DNA of 26,288 nucleotides from a virus (lineage: Duplodnaviria; Caudoviricetes). The position numbers and the translations under genes were made by a program. The DNA is taken from IMG/VR virus record IMGVR_UViG_3300020045_000481, positions 1 to 26,288 of that record; one strand, written 5' to 3'. Below the pieces are notes generated by a model. It had not been told where the DNA came from. It saw only the letters and a list, made by a program, of their open reading frames with translations, and searched no databases. Shown here in pieces: positions 17,716 through 25,833 of the stretch (positions within the stretch are counted from its first letter, which is position 1; every line of letters begins with the position of its first letter).

Positions 17716-20307
17716 TCATAACGCCACACCGCTCTGTGCGGCCATGGCGCGGATAAGCTGGTTCAGGCGGGCTTGGGAGGGGAAGTCGCTAACCAACGCC
17801 AGTGATTTAAACTGCCCGCCAAAGAACAGCGATGTGCCTGCTCGCGCCCCTACATATAGCGTGCTGTTGGCATAGTTGCCGTCAGAATCACCATTGAGAG
17901 TTTGTGTGCTGCCTGTGGTGAGATTAATCTGCGGGAACGTCTGTTGAGCCGTCCCGAGCGTCCTGTCATACCGTGCAGCAGCAATGAAGTAGGCGTTATC
18001 GGTAAATGTTGCCGTACTCTCGGCCTGGTTCAGCACCGCTCCAGTTTTCCCGTTTGTCGGGCTGATCTTTCGAGTGCCATTTATGATCGGCAATGAAAAG
18101 CCGCTGGCACCAGAAGTATTTGTGGTGTACTCAAGGATTTGCTGAATCGAACCAATCTGGGCAGTTCTTATAACGGCTACCACGGTAAGTTTATTCAAGC
18201 CGCTCAGGTCAATTGCAGAACTAAGAGAGAAAGCAGACGCATCAAACAGCACCTGCTGACTCCCCACGATCTGCGCGGGCTTCGCGCCGGTGCTGTTGAT
18301 CGTCACCGTAGCAGCATTCGAACTGGATTCGGTGAAGGTTGTAGCGCCTTCGGGGACGGCGGTGAAGTTGGCATCGAATACCTTTGTCCCGGCGATGCCG
18401 TTGAACAACTGCCAGCGGTAGCGCTTGGCCTGAAGTCCGTTCGTTACCCCGTTTAACTCGCCAGTCGCCAACATTCCGGATGTGAGTAGGTTTTCATTGG
18501 CCGCAGCCGTCTGAGCCGTTCCAATTTCCGTCCACGTCCCTGCAAGCGTGTCCGCGTTATAGTCATCGGAGTAGAAAAAGCGCACGGCGCCAGTCGCCTT
18601 AACGCGAGTGACCCTTATCCAATGTCGCGTGTTATCTGTGAACCCTGTGGCGGCAGACGAGTTGACTACAACCGATCCACTTGTGGCGTAATTTCCGCCG
18701 AAGGCTATACCCCCGCCTGTGCGCACGTTGATGTACCAGCTACCAGTCCATTTGGAGCAAACATTTCCCTCGGTCCCAGGCGTCCAATCAATGGCAGCGA
18801 GGTCGTAGCGAATATCAATATCGCCTGCGATTTGATTGGCCGCCGCATCTGGACTGGTGGCGTTGTTGGACGCGCCAGCGTGTGGTGGAGTCCACAAGTA
18901 ATTCACCCCCGCATACGGACAGTTGTGAACCACAAATGGCACACCGAGCGTCTTGGTGTCGCTGGTAAAGTCCCAAACTTCGCCTTTGTATTGCTCGCGC
19001 CAAATCTTGGTTATCGGGACGTAGAAGTTCTTTTCGTCATCAAACCACTTGCGCTGAGTCCGTTCTGTGCGGGACGCGCCATTGAGTAGTATTTCAACGT
19101 CCTCGCCATTCGCACCGATGTAGAAGCACTCCCGCCCATCTTTCCTGACTTGGTGGTTTATGGTTGCCGGGACACCCAACTTCATAAAGGCATGCATCAT
19201 CCCGCCGACGACAGCCTCTGAAACCGTCGAAATACGCAGGAGAACGCCCTTCTTCCTGACTATGCAGCCATCCCCACTCGCGTATGCCTTGACGAACTCA
19301 CGAAGCACTGGAACCGGGGAATTGAGAACAAAGTCAGGCACGCGCTTGTTATGCGCCCCCGAGCCGAAGAAGCTCTCTACGCATCGGGCAAAGGCCGCTC
19401 CAGTCACATAGAGGCTGCAAGCGTTCTTGCCTTTAGGCTTCTGGATGCTGGCACTGCACTTCATGCGCCGCTCCAGAATTTCCTCTAGTTTCTTGGCAAT
19501 GTGCAGCTCGTCGCCACAAAGACTGAACACAAGGCCGGTAATGCGTTTTTTGGTGTCCCTGGAGAAATGCCCCTCGGCAAGCCACCAACCAAGAACAAAG
19601 GCCATTTCCTCATCAAAAAGGAAGCTGTCACCCGTCTTGTTTGAATAGTTGCTGGTCGTCTTGGCAATGCTCAGTGTCTGATACTCACTTGGCAGAACAG
19701 GCTTTGGCAGCAACATATAGTCGCCAACCCTCAGCTTATCTGCGTCAGTCCATTGGGCTCTAAGGTCACGGACGAATCCACGCCCGCCGTTCCTATTCCG
19801 CTTGCGGTTCTCCGGCTCGTATGGCTTGCCGTGCTTGTTCTCGTACCTGTTTTTGCGGTCGTTGTAGAGTTGAATGCGCCGACCATCCACCCTCAAAACC
19901 TTATGCTCTGGCGTCAGCCCAACAGGCAGGCAACCGCGAGCCGTGAACCAAACAGCACTCCCTTCAAACGGGGTAGTCCACTTGGCAAGCACGGGCTTAT
20001 AGGTTCCGTCGCACTGGAATACATCCTCACCATCCAAGGAATCCTTAACCCGCTTGAATCCGGACTTGAACAGCATCCGAGTTTCAGGCAAGAAGCACAG
20101 GATCGGCTGCGCCGCCGCCGTGGCTTGGGCCAGCGAATTAGACCCTTTTATTGGTGCCCATGCAGAAACTCGCTCAGTAGCCGTTCCTTGCGAAATCCCA
20201 TAATTGGCCTGCCAATATTGCGTTACCCACGGCAACTGCCACGGCTGACGAACAGACGGCATAAATGCCACTCTGTTGCCAATATTGACGCCTATTCCGT
20301 TTTGCAT
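17716..20307 (-). CDS. putative virion fibre / LamG(ConA)-like protein precursor containing an intein (863 aa; 471 aa after splicing)
   Basis: Exteins are Thr/Gly/Ala/Asn-rich beta-sandwich-like sequence (DIDIRYDLAAIDWTP, RHWIRVTR, TLYVGARAG..LFFGGQF); residues 71-462 are an intein. Confidence 0.8.
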   Translation of the reverse strand: MQNGIGVNIGNRVAFMPSVRQPWQLPWVTQYWQANYGISQGTATERVSAWAPIKGSNSLAQATAAAQPILCFLPETRMLFKSGFKRVKDSLDGEDVFQCDGTYKPVLAKWTTPFEGSAVWFTARGCLPVGLTPEHKVLRVDGRRIQLYNDRKNRYENKHGKPYEPENRKRNRNGGRGFVRDLRAQWTDADKLRVGDYMLLPKPVLPSEYQTLSIAKTTSNYSNKTGDSFLFDEEMAFVLGWWLAEGHFSRDTKKRITGLVFSLCGDELHIAKKLEEILERRMKCSASIQKPKGKNACSLYVTGAAFARCVESFFGSGAHNKRVPDFVLNSPVPVLREFVKAYASGDGCIVRKKGVLLRISTVSEAVVGGMMHAFMKLGVPATINHQVRKDGRECFYIGANGEDVEILLNGASRTERTQRKWFDDEKNFYVPITKIWREQYKGEVWDFTSDTKTLGVPFVVHNCPYAGVNYLWTPPHAGASNNATSPDAAANQIAGDIDIRYDLAAIDWTPGTEGNVCSKWTGSWYINVRTGGGIAFGGNYATSGSVVVNSSAATGFTDNTRHWIRVTRVKATGAVRFFYSDDYNADTLAGTWTEIGTAQTAAANENLLTSGMLATGELNGVTNGLQAKRYRWQLFNGIAGTKVFDANFTAVPEGATTFTESSSNAATVTINSTGAKPAQIVGSQQVLFDASAFSLSSAIDLSGLNKLTVVAVIRTAQIGSIQQILEYTTNTSGASGFSLPIINGTRKISPTNGKTGAVLNQAESTATFTDNAYFIAAARYDRTLGTAQQTFPQINLTTGSTQTLNGDSDGNYANSTLYVGARAGTSLFFGGQFKSLALVSDFPSQARLNQLIRAMAAQSGVAL
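18922..20097 (-). mobile_element. intein with LAGLIDADG homing endonuclease (392 aa)
   Basis: Block A CFLPETRML, block B LTPEHKV, block C FVLGWWLAEG, block E FVKAYASGDG, block F YKGEVWDF, block G VVHN followed by +1 Cys. Confidence 0.95.
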
Positions 20308-20309
20308 TA

Positions 20310-20621
20310 TCAGTCCTGCATTGGTTTAGCGTAGACAGACCCGCCAGCGGAAATCTGGATTGCAGAAACGCGCCATTTGCTTGCCCCTGCCCCAGCAGGA
20401 TCAGGAACCATAATTTCAACTGGCGTATAGGCTGGGATTGGCGTTGAACCAGTAGTTGCCGTAACTCCATTGCCAACAGAAATGTAGGCATCCGTGGTTG
20501 TCCACACTAATACCTTATTTGGCCCATACGTCCAGCCAGTCAGACTGCCAGCAGTTCCGGTGTAGGTTGTCGTCTGCGCGGCAAACGAAGCATCTTTGCA
20601 GGGGTTTAGTGCGAGCGGCAT
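20310..20621 (-). CDS. small beta-rich virion protein (possible fibre base/adaptor)
   Basis: 103 aa Thr/Gly-rich; TAATG-coupled to portal; 2 nt upstream of fibre-like gene. Confidence 0.65.
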   Translation of the reverse strand: MPLALNPCKDASFAAQTTTYTGTAGSLTGWTYGPNKVLVWTTTDAYISVGNGVTATTGSTPIPAYTPVEIMVPDPAGAGASKWRVSAIQISAGGSVYAKPMQD

Positions 20622-22834
20622 TACATGACTCCTAGTGACGCCTGTTCAGGCGATACGGGTTGAAAGTGCTGCTCTCCACGTTCAAGCGAGCGGGGTTCCT
20701 CGTCCTCAAGCGATGGAGAAGATAGAATTTGATTGATTGTCTGTTGCAATACCGCATTTGTTCCATCAGGCCCAGCGGATTTTGCCAAGGCATCAAGCAG
20801 CGCCTTGATCCGCGTTGTGTTCGCGTTGTAGGCGTCCACATCAGCCTTGAAGTGCTCGTTCATCACGCGGTTTTTCTCATTCTCGGCCTGCTGCGCTTCG
20901 ATGGACTTCTGGATGTTTTGCAGCATCCCCTGCATCGCCTGATTCATCTGCGAGGATTCCTCAAGCTGCTTCTTCAGCGCAGCAACACGAGGCGTATCCT
21001 CAGCGCCTTCGCCTGCCTCAAGGATTTCTGGCGGGACAGTCGCACGCAGGCGCTTGGACATTTCCTGCGCACCAGGCCAGTCCATATTCTTCACCAGCAG
21101 ATCGCCAACGATTTTCCATAGCTCTGGACTGGTCTGGATGAGCAACCCCATATTTTCGACCGCCTCTTGGCGGCGAGTGGCGTATCCGGGGCCGGTGGAC
21201 ACAGCAACGTCATATTTACCGACGTTCAGATTGTAGATTTTTTTGATTGCCGCGCCAGTTTTCTGATCCTTGATCGAAATAACCGCTTCTTTCTGATCTG
21301 GATTCAACTGAACGTGCGAAGTGTCCCCATCCAGCCCGATAATTCGAGCAATCCGTGGCGTATCGTAAATTTTCGGAATCAGATCAATCAAAATCCGAGT
21401 GCCATAGCGCAGCGATGCGCCAAAATTGTCGTGGAAATGGAAAGTTCCGGTATCAGACTGCTTTTCTCTGGCAAACAGGGCTTTCCCAGACTCGTCCCCG
21501 CGTGACATGCCAAGGGAAGCATCATACTGGCCTGTGGTTGCCTTGATGTCGTCCCCAGCGCCCATTTTGGCCTGGATAAGCCCATTCTGAGGAAGCGGTG
21601 GCGCTACTCGTTGTGGCGCTGGAACAAGCTGGTCGCCCTCAACAACAGCGTTATATTCAAGGTACGGCCAATTCTGAATGTTTGCCGTTTTCCACTGCGT
21701 TTCAAACCCCTCAAACTGCCCTGCAACGCCGACATACGGCGCTTTTGGAGCCAACGCAAGCATTTCCGCTTCTTGCGAAGTCCAATAATTCTTCATCCGT
21801 TGCGCATCTTTGGCATTTCTCACAATGCCAGAGATATAAACGCGCCCCTCAACCTCGTACTTATTGCCCAACACGCGAACAACTGGAATGTATTTCCCGG
21901 CCCAATCCTTTTTCTCAAGGATTTCATTACCGTTCAGCTTGCACCACTTGACCGACTTGATTTCAGTCTTGCGTTCGCGTTTGGGAACCATGCCATAAGC
22001 TTGCGCAAGCCCATGCTCCTTGCTGCCCTTCAGCGCAGTCACCCCCCCGTCATACTCAAGCAGCGTTTCTTCCTTGCTTTCAATGTAGAAATATTCAGCT
22101 ACACGAACGGATTTGGTTGAAAGCCATGCCTGCATCCCCTGATCGCCAACAGCCTGCGGCCCCCACTGCGTAACCGGCGTCTTATCGGGGTACTGATGCT
22201 CAAATTCTTCTTCCGTCAAGTCCTGCGAAATCAGGCACCACTGCGCATCTGACCCGCATGGGTCTTGTGCAGTCGGGTCAAGATGAACAGAAAAGAAATT
22301 CTCAATCCGTTGCAGCCTGATTTCCTGATCGAAACTCAACGGATTGTCGTACTCGGTGATGTAGCGCCAATACCCTTCGCCACAGCCAACCTGATTCTGA
22401 CAGGCAGTGTTATAGACAACATCGGAGTCGCTGATGTACTCGATGTGCCGTACCAGCCCCTCAAAAACTTCGGCAATCTCAACGGATGCCCCATCATTGA
22501 CCGGAATAACCTTCCCGCTCGGCCTGTCCTGTCTCTGCTGATTGGTAATTTGCAACACATGCTGCGGCAGGACATTGATCGTCAGCGTAGGCCGCGCATT
22601 AATGGTTGACCCGTTCCCGGTCGAGCGAGAAGTCAAAACTTCCTGCGGCCACTGCCACTGATTATCCGGCGACCCAGCCAGAAATTTCAGGTCGTCCAAC
22701 TCGTCATCGCGGGAATTGTCGTAAGCTTCCATCGCCATTTGCAGGCGCTTTTTTGCCGTCGCAAGAATATTGGCATCCTCTTTCGAGGTTCCGTTGGCAA
22801 CGCCTGCCGCGCCTACCATACCATTATCGGCCAT
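20621..22834 (-). CDS. portal protein, P22 gp1 family
   Basis: 737 aa; 'DDLKFLAG...QW', 'RPTLTIN', 'GIVRNAKDAQRMKNYW', 'GKYDVAVSTGPGYATRRQEA'; C-terminal coiled-coil barrel. Confidence 0.95.
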   Translation of the reverse strand: MADNGMVGAAGVANGTSKEDANILATAKKRLQMAMEAYDNSRDDELDDLKFLAGSPDNQWQWPQEVLTSRSTGNGSTINARPTLTINVLPQHVLQITNQQRQDRPSGKVIPVNDGASVEIAEVFEGLVRHIEYISDSDVVYNTACQNQVGCGEGYWRYITEYDNPLSFDQEIRLQRIENFFSVHLDPTAQDPCGSDAQWCLISQDLTEEEFEHQYPDKTPVTQWGPQAVGDQGMQAWLSTKSVRVAEYFYIESKEETLLEYDGGVTALKGSKEHGLAQAYGMVPKRERKTEIKSVKWCKLNGNEILEKKDWAGKYIPVVRVLGNKYEVEGRVYISGIVRNAKDAQRMKNYWTSQEAEMLALAPKAPYVGVAGQFEGFETQWKTANIQNWPYLEYNAVVEGDQLVPAPQRVAPPLPQNGLIQAKMGAGDDIKATTGQYDASLGMSRGDESGKALFAREKQSDTGTFHFHDNFGASLRYGTRILIDLIPKIYDTPRIARIIGLDGDTSHVQLNPDQKEAVISIKDQKTGAAIKKIYNLNVGKYDVAVSTGPGYATRRQEAVENMGLLIQTSPELWKIVGDLLVKNMDWPGAQEMSKRLRATVPPEILEAGEGAEDTPRVAALKKQLEESSQMNQAMQGMLQNIQKSIEAQQAENEKNRVMNEHFKADVDAYNANTTRIKALLDALAKSAGPDGTNAVLQQTINQILSSPSLEDEEPRSLERGEQHFQPVSPEQASLGVM

Positions 22835-22946
22835 GTTTCATTTCCCTGAACGCGGCCTGACACGCCACATAAATTATCGTTCTCACCATGCCGCGAGCCT
22901 TCAGGTGCGCCAAGGCTTCCTGCGCGTTCTTTGGGTATTTATTCAC
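22824..22946 (-). CDS. possible 40-aa ORF (MNKYPKNAQEALAHLKARG...) between TerL and portal
   Basis: GTG start overlaps TerL stop (GTGA); ends 11 nt into portal gene; fills the gap. Confidence 0.35.
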   Translation of the reverse strand: MNKYPKNAQEALAHLKARGMVRTIIYVACQAAFREMKHGR

Positions 22947-24316
22947 GATGCCATCCACGAAGTAGCCGTATAAGCGCCCATATTACCCCCGCCGCGATTA
23001 CGCCGCTCCTGCGCTGCTTTTTTCTTCTCGGCTTTAATCACGCCGGGGAATAATTCAGTCACGCCCCATACAAACGCATCAGCACGGTTAGGCGAACGCT
23101 CTCCAACATATCCGGTCGTTGTGAACGCGCACAGTTCTTCTTCCAGCGCCACAAACCGACCGCATAGCCTTATCTTCCCCTGCTCGTGCAGCGCAGAAAT
23201 CGGCTCCGCACGAATCACCTTCCCACGCGATGCCGTAATCTTCTTGAATTTAACCGACACACCTTCTTTAGCTGCCGCCGACTCAACTACATAGCGAACC
23301 ATATCCCCGCCGTAGTTCGCCTCTCCAACAATAATATCGGCCATGTGGCGTTCGTAAGCCTTCACCGCCACAACACCCCATGTCTGCGGCCCACCCTTGA
23401 CGGTCAAATCTTCCAGCATGTACGCCCGACCGTCCACCCCAAGCCCAACCACGGCAATCCCAATCTCATCGTTCTCTTTGTTATCTTCCTCAGACGCTCC
23501 AGACGGGTCAACTGAAATTACAATCCGCTGCATGTCCGGCAATTCCTCATCACCATCGGTGCGGTATTTATCAATCAGTTCTTCCGTCCACAGCGCCCCC
23601 GGCGCAACCTCCCCATATTCGCCTTCAAGGAATCGGCGCTTCATCCGGCCCGACTGGTTTTCCAACTCGCGTATGTAATCCCCCGCCAGATTCTCCACAT
23701 TATCCCGAGGATTAATCTTCACCACCCCATACATATGCGCGTCCTGCAACGGCTGCTTCGACTCAGGCTCTCGCTTCTGGTAGAAAACCTGATACGCCCA
23801 ATGCGCCTTCGACGGCGGGTTGCAGTCGTAGTACATCTTCAGCGGCAACACCACACGCTGACCCTTGTACTCATACTCGCATTTCTGCGCCAAGCGCGTC
23901 AGCGCCAGATTCCGCGCCGACCACGAAATCTGCGAACACTCATTCAACAGAATCGTCGCAAATTCCTTACCCAAAATCTTTTCAGTGCGCTCTTTATCAT
24001 CCAACCCCCCCAGCCAAATCTCAGACCCATTCGGCAGGTAAAAAACCCAATCCCCCTTATGCAGCTTGTATTCCACCCCAGGGAAACACTTCTCAAACAC
24101 GCTCGGCAAGGTATCCATCCCAACCGATTCCTTCACATGCTTGAACTTGAACCGCAAAATCGCGTGCCGAGATTTTGGCGCTTTCAGTGCCCGAGCCACA
24201 ATCTGCCTGCATTCCAGAAACGTCTTGCCAGAACGCGACCCCCCATCCAAGAGAATGTGCTTCACGTCACTGGACATCAGCAACCGCGCTTCCTCCTGTT
24301 TCGGCGTCAGCTTCAT
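22943..24316 (-). CDS. terL: terminase large subunit
   Basis: 'LTPKQ' adenine-binding motif, Walker A GGSRSGKT, Walker B variant ILLNE, coupling motif DCNPP, nuclease ISVDP...GEANYGG...SPNRADA. Confidence 0.95.
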   Translation of the reverse strand: MKLTPKQEEARLLMSSDVKHILLDGGSRSGKTFLECRQIVARALKAPKSRHAILRFKFKHVKESVGMDTLPSVFEKCFPGVEYKLHKGDWVFYLPNGSEIWLGGLDDKERTEKILGKEFATILLNECSQISWSARNLALTRLAQKCEYEYKGQRVVLPLKMYYDCNPPSKAHWAYQVFYQKREPESKQPLQDAHMYGVVKINPRDNVENLAGDYIRELENQSGRMKRRFLEGEYGEVAPGALWTEELIDKYRTDGDEELPDMQRIVISVDPSGASEEDNKENDEIGIAVVGLGVDGRAYMLEDLTVKGGPQTWGVVAVKAYERHMADIIVGEANYGGDMVRYVVESAAAKEGVSVKFKKITASRGKVIRAEPISALHEQGKIRLCGRFVALEEELCAFTTTGYVGERSPNRADAFVWGVTELFPGVIKAEKKKAAQERRNRGGGNMGAYTATSWMAS

Positions 24317-24567
24317 TGCAGCGTTGCCCCCGACTCGCTCGCAAATACCTCATTCGTGTCGCTGTCAACAAATGTAATTTTCCCACACTCCCCAGCGCAC
24401 TCAGCCGCGAACCATGCCGCGTTGTGGCACGTCACATCCCAAAATTCCGCGTCAATCAGCGGCGCGTTCGGGTGGACAAACGCCTGTGGATTCGTCGCCA
24501 TGAACCGCAGCACACGCGAATACACCTCGTTCTGCTCGTCGGTCCAGCGGTCCGGTGTGTCGCTCAT
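24313..24567 (-). CDS. hypothetical acidic protein (84 aa)
   Basis: ATGA overlaps with both flanking genes. Confidence 0.65.
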   Translation of the reverse strand: MSDTPDRWTDEQNEVYSRVLRFMATNPQAFVHPNAPLIDAEFWDVTCHNAAWFAAECAGECGKITFVDSDTNEVFASESGATLQ

Positions 24568-25055
24568 GCCTTCGCATCAACATCATCAAACGTAATCGTC
24601 ACACTCCCCTTCACCCGACCATCACCCACCGAAAACAACCCCTCAGCCTTCGCCAAATTCTCCATCGCCTTGTTCTGATCCGAATGCGTCAACAACTCAT
24701 CCGATACCTCAACCCTCGCCTTCCTCCACCAACCATCCAGCAACCTCTCATGCCTCAATACCTTCCGATCCCCCAGCGCATCACGATACCGCTCACTCAA
24801 CTTCTCGTCCGACTTGATCCACGCCGATAACATCGGCCAGTCCAACCCCTCCTGCTCTACAAACTCCTCCACCGACTTCCCACCCACCAACTCACCCACC
24901 AAATACCGGATCGAACACTCCACCTCATCCATCCCCAACAACTCACCATCCGTCGCTCCACCAGCCTTCGCCTCCCCACGCGCAATGCCACCAACCTCCC
25001 GTTGCCACTCCACCAACCTCACAACCCTCTGCGCCCAATTGATCCGGTTAGACAC
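24564..25055 (-). CDS. terminase small subunit-like protein A
   Basis: HTH-like LVGGKSVEEFVEQEGLDWPMLSAWI...ERYRDAL; C-terminal KAMENLAKAEGLF...SVTITFDD resembling TerS tails; upstream of TerL. Confidence 0.65.
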   Translation of the reverse strand: MSNRINWAQRVVRLVEWQREVGGIARGEAKAGGATDGELLGMDEVECSIRYLVGELVGGKSVEEFVEQEGLDWPMLSAWIKSDEKLSERYRDALGDRKVLRHERLLDGWWRKARVEVSDELLTHSDQNKAMENLAKAEGLFSVGDGRVKGSVTITFDDVDAKA

Positions 25056-25132
25056 GCGGCCCCCAGCAGTTAAATAACCACATAATCAAAAACGCTACCA
25101 ACAAATATCCCACCAATCCCACAACCGCACCC

Positions 25133-25183
25133 GTCAGTGAACACTCACGCACCCCTTCTATCCAATTCTTACACCACTGTCAA
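25133..25183 (-). promoter_or_regulatory. sigma70-type promoter for terminase/late operon with operator-like palindrome at the start site
   Basis: Minus strand TTGACA (25183-25178), 17-nt spacer, TAGAAG (25160-25155), then GTGAGTGTTCACTGAC (25148-25133). Confidence 0.6.
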
Positions 25184-25304
25184 TCCACCCCACACTGTCG
25201 AGATTACAACTAGCCCAAAGTTGGGAATGTAAAAAATGGGGAACTCAGTACCCGCCCCCCATGCTGGCGATCCGGGCATACCCCCCCTATCGGCGGCATG
25301 GCGT

Positions 25305-25347
25305 GTTAGTGAGCGCAAACCCACGTACCCAGCGAGCGCCCACTAAC
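25305..25347. repeat. 12-bp inverted repeat GTTAGTGAGCGC / GCGCCCACTAAC (1 mismatch, 19-nt spacer)
   Basis: Read directly at 25305-25316 and 25336-25347. Confidence 0.75.
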
Positions 25348-25413
25348 ATTGACGAGCGACCGGCCCGAGGCATGCCCGGCCTGACCCTGACGGATGCATG
25401 CCATGCCCCCGAG

Positions 25414-25597
25414 CAGGCCCAGCGCAGGCCGGACAGCACATGCGCCAGGAATGGCAGCGCGGCTTCACTACAGGCCCTACAAGCCTCGATCAGCGCCAGG
25501 CCATGCCATCGCACCATGCCGGCAGGTCAATCGCGCACAGGCCGTTTAAGCGCGTCGGCAGGTTCGGGCGCGCCTAGGGCCGGCTCAAGTACAGGCC
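25414..25597 (+). repeat. six co-oriented CAGGCC hexamers
   Basis: Copies start at 25414, 25425, 25471, 25497, 25538, 25592. Confidence 0.6.
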
Positions 25598-25833
25598 AGG
25601 GCCAGCGTGGTGGCAATACTTCATGTTGAGGGGTTTGTTATAAGGGCGTTATGAGAGAGAGCTTGAGAGTGATGTGGTGGAGGCTGTGGAGGCCGTCTTT
25701 TTGGAGGGGTGGGTGGCCGTTGTTGGACAAAAGTGCGCAGCCTTGTTTTTGGCCGTTTTTTGAGTGGAGGTGCAGGCTAGTTGGGAGGTGGCCTTGGTTG
25801 TATGCGATTGTTTGGTTTGACTGGAGGTAGGTG

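Noticed and set aside
25261-25629. 122-aa + ORF and 76-aa - ORF in the central GC-rich core
   Set aside because: No convincing RBS; low-complexity Ala/Arg/Gly translation expected from GC-rich repeat DNA
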